NCBI RefSeq assembly: GCF_001194135.2
Contig: NC_068981.1
Location: 8,230,172-8,294,133, forward strand
Length of the DNA: 63,962 nt
Reading direction: 5' to 3'
Source of the DNA: Octopus bimaculoides
Taxonomy: Eukaryota
A program made the translations under genes and the position numbers. The stretch's first letter is position 1, and each line of letters opens with the position of its first letter. The notes beneath the pieces are model-generated. The model was not told the origin of the DNA, searched no databases, and was given only the letters and a program-made list of their open reading frames with translations. Positions 62,596 through 63,962 of the stretch are shown piece after piece.

Positions 62596-63962
62596 GTGAG
62601 TAATTCGTTAATAAATATGTATAGAGTGGCTCTTTAATTTATTAATAAACATATATTGTGGTTCTTTATGACATAACAACGATGCAATGTCTTCTAAACA
62701 TATTTTTAACCTACTATTAGTTTTTTATAAAGGATACACGTGTTTTTCTTGTCTCATGTTTTAATGATTATTTTAACGTCGGAGCCAGAGATTAATTCAT
62801 AAAGCGCGACGGACCACCATCGTGGCCTGACGGCTACGATAAATGCATTTAATTTATGGGCGTTTGTTGAAATGTGTGTCAAAAAATAGTTCAACTAATG
62901 ACTTTTGAGAAGATGTAAAACTTACCACCATTCTATACTAAGAAGATATTTTAACAATTTTGGGGGTTTTTTATGTGTGTATGGTAGTCTCATTTTCATA
63001 AAATGTGCTCAGCACATTTTATTCAGAGTTGATATCTTGACTTGGTCTTTTATTCTCTTCAGGGGTCCATGGAGTAAGTACCAGTGAATTGCTGGGGTCG
63101 ATTTAATTGTACTACTTCAATACAGAATTCCCTTAGTCATACGACTTAGATATAGGTGTTACGTACAAAACATTTTAAATGTACTCAGTGGACGTGTAAT
63201 GACACCCTAACCCTAAAAACTCCCCTTCAAATCGTTACGTAGATGCATTGGGACCTCTGCATTGAAGTAGTCCCGATTTAATTACTTCAACCCCTCTCGA
63301 ACTTTCTCATATCTTTCTTTGCAAAATTTCATTAGAAAAACAAATTTTCTTTAAAATTATGATTAACCAAATTCCAAATGTTCGCGCACCAAATTAGCTA
63401 TTCTGTGGGTATAACTACAGTTTGGCGCCTTCCTGACTTTCCTCATTATCAGGGGTTCTCGACCATTTTTTATTTGGGGACCCTTTTGACTGCTATTATA
63501 TTCTGGTGGACCCCCATAGCCATTTGATGTTAAAAAACTAGTTTTATTGAAACTTCTTACGAAATTCCTATTCTGTGTTTCACACATTAACTTTTATAGG
63601 TTGAGTTATGTAAAATGTTAGAGAAAGAAACTTACCAATACATACATATCATCATCATCGTTTAACGTCCTCTTTCCATGCTAGCATGGGTTGGACGATT
63701 TGACTGAGGACTGGTGAAACCGGATGGCAACACCAGGCTCCAGTCTGATTTGGCAGAGTTTCTACAGCTGGATGCCCTTCCTAACGCCAACCACTCAGAG
63801 AGTGTAGTGGGTGCTTTTACGTGTCACCCGCACGAAAACGGCCACGCTCGAAATGGTGTCTTTTATGTGCCACCCGCACAAGCCAGTCCAGGGGCACTGG
63901 CAACGATCTCGCTCGAAAATCCTACAGGAGCCAGTCAGGCGGTACTGGCAACGGCCACGCTC

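Larger units (their letters stand above)
28600..63962. repeat. Dispersed short 3' ends of the same RTE family (about 25 copies, both strands)
   Basis: + copies near 28600-28822, 30340-30685, 33770-33862, 39950-40040, 41691-41945, 42850-43030, 43210-43620, 45716-45806, 46975-47282, 48220-48370, 48585-48652, 57800-57930, 58005-58160, 58428-58495, 59865-60025. - copies near 36085-36270, 37535-37650, 39175-39340, 48800-48970, 49190-49440, 54583-54890, 63650-63962. Shared core aggaagggcatccagctgtagaaac...ccaacccatgc. Confidence 0.85.

Noticed and set aside
62921-62926. Minus-strand donor (ggtaag) for an upstream DNAJC30 5' UTR exon
   Set aside because: Only a 6-mer match; it would overlap BUD23 intron 1 and has no other support

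Overview
AT-rich, repeat-dense, gapped animal genomic DNA. The repeat families and (ATG)n-tailed RTE fragments suggest a coleoid cephalopod, probably Octopus (inference; no database check). Three genes are supported. (1) A complete 17-exon nucleostemin/GNL3-GNL3L-family GTPase on the + strand (CDS 26238-57305, about 613 aa), spliced by hand with GT-AG sites and consistent phases. (2) A convergent, intronless DnaJ gene of DNAJC30 type (- strand, 61474-62391). (3) The first coding exon of BUD23/WBSCR22 (+ strand, 62551-62595, MAASGRPERQAPPEI), which is not in the ORF track and lies head-to-head with the DnaJ gene, as the two genes do in the human Williams-Beuren region. The rest is microsatellites, three or more tRNA-derived SINE families, about 25 3' ends of one RTE LINE, BovB-like RTE and R4/Dong-like LINE fragments, a Penelope-like element, a DD37D maT/mariner relic and several MITEs. 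The main candidate novelties are an intact-looking type I hammerhead ribozyme with a long structured stem II in GNL3 intron 6 (38069-38197), further decayed hammerhead motifs, and the apparently ancient DNAJC30-BUD23 divergent pair. Most short ORFs in the track are microsatellite, repeat or N-gap artefacts. About 10 sizeable N gaps (plus several smaller ones) hide sequence, and repeat boundaries are approximate.
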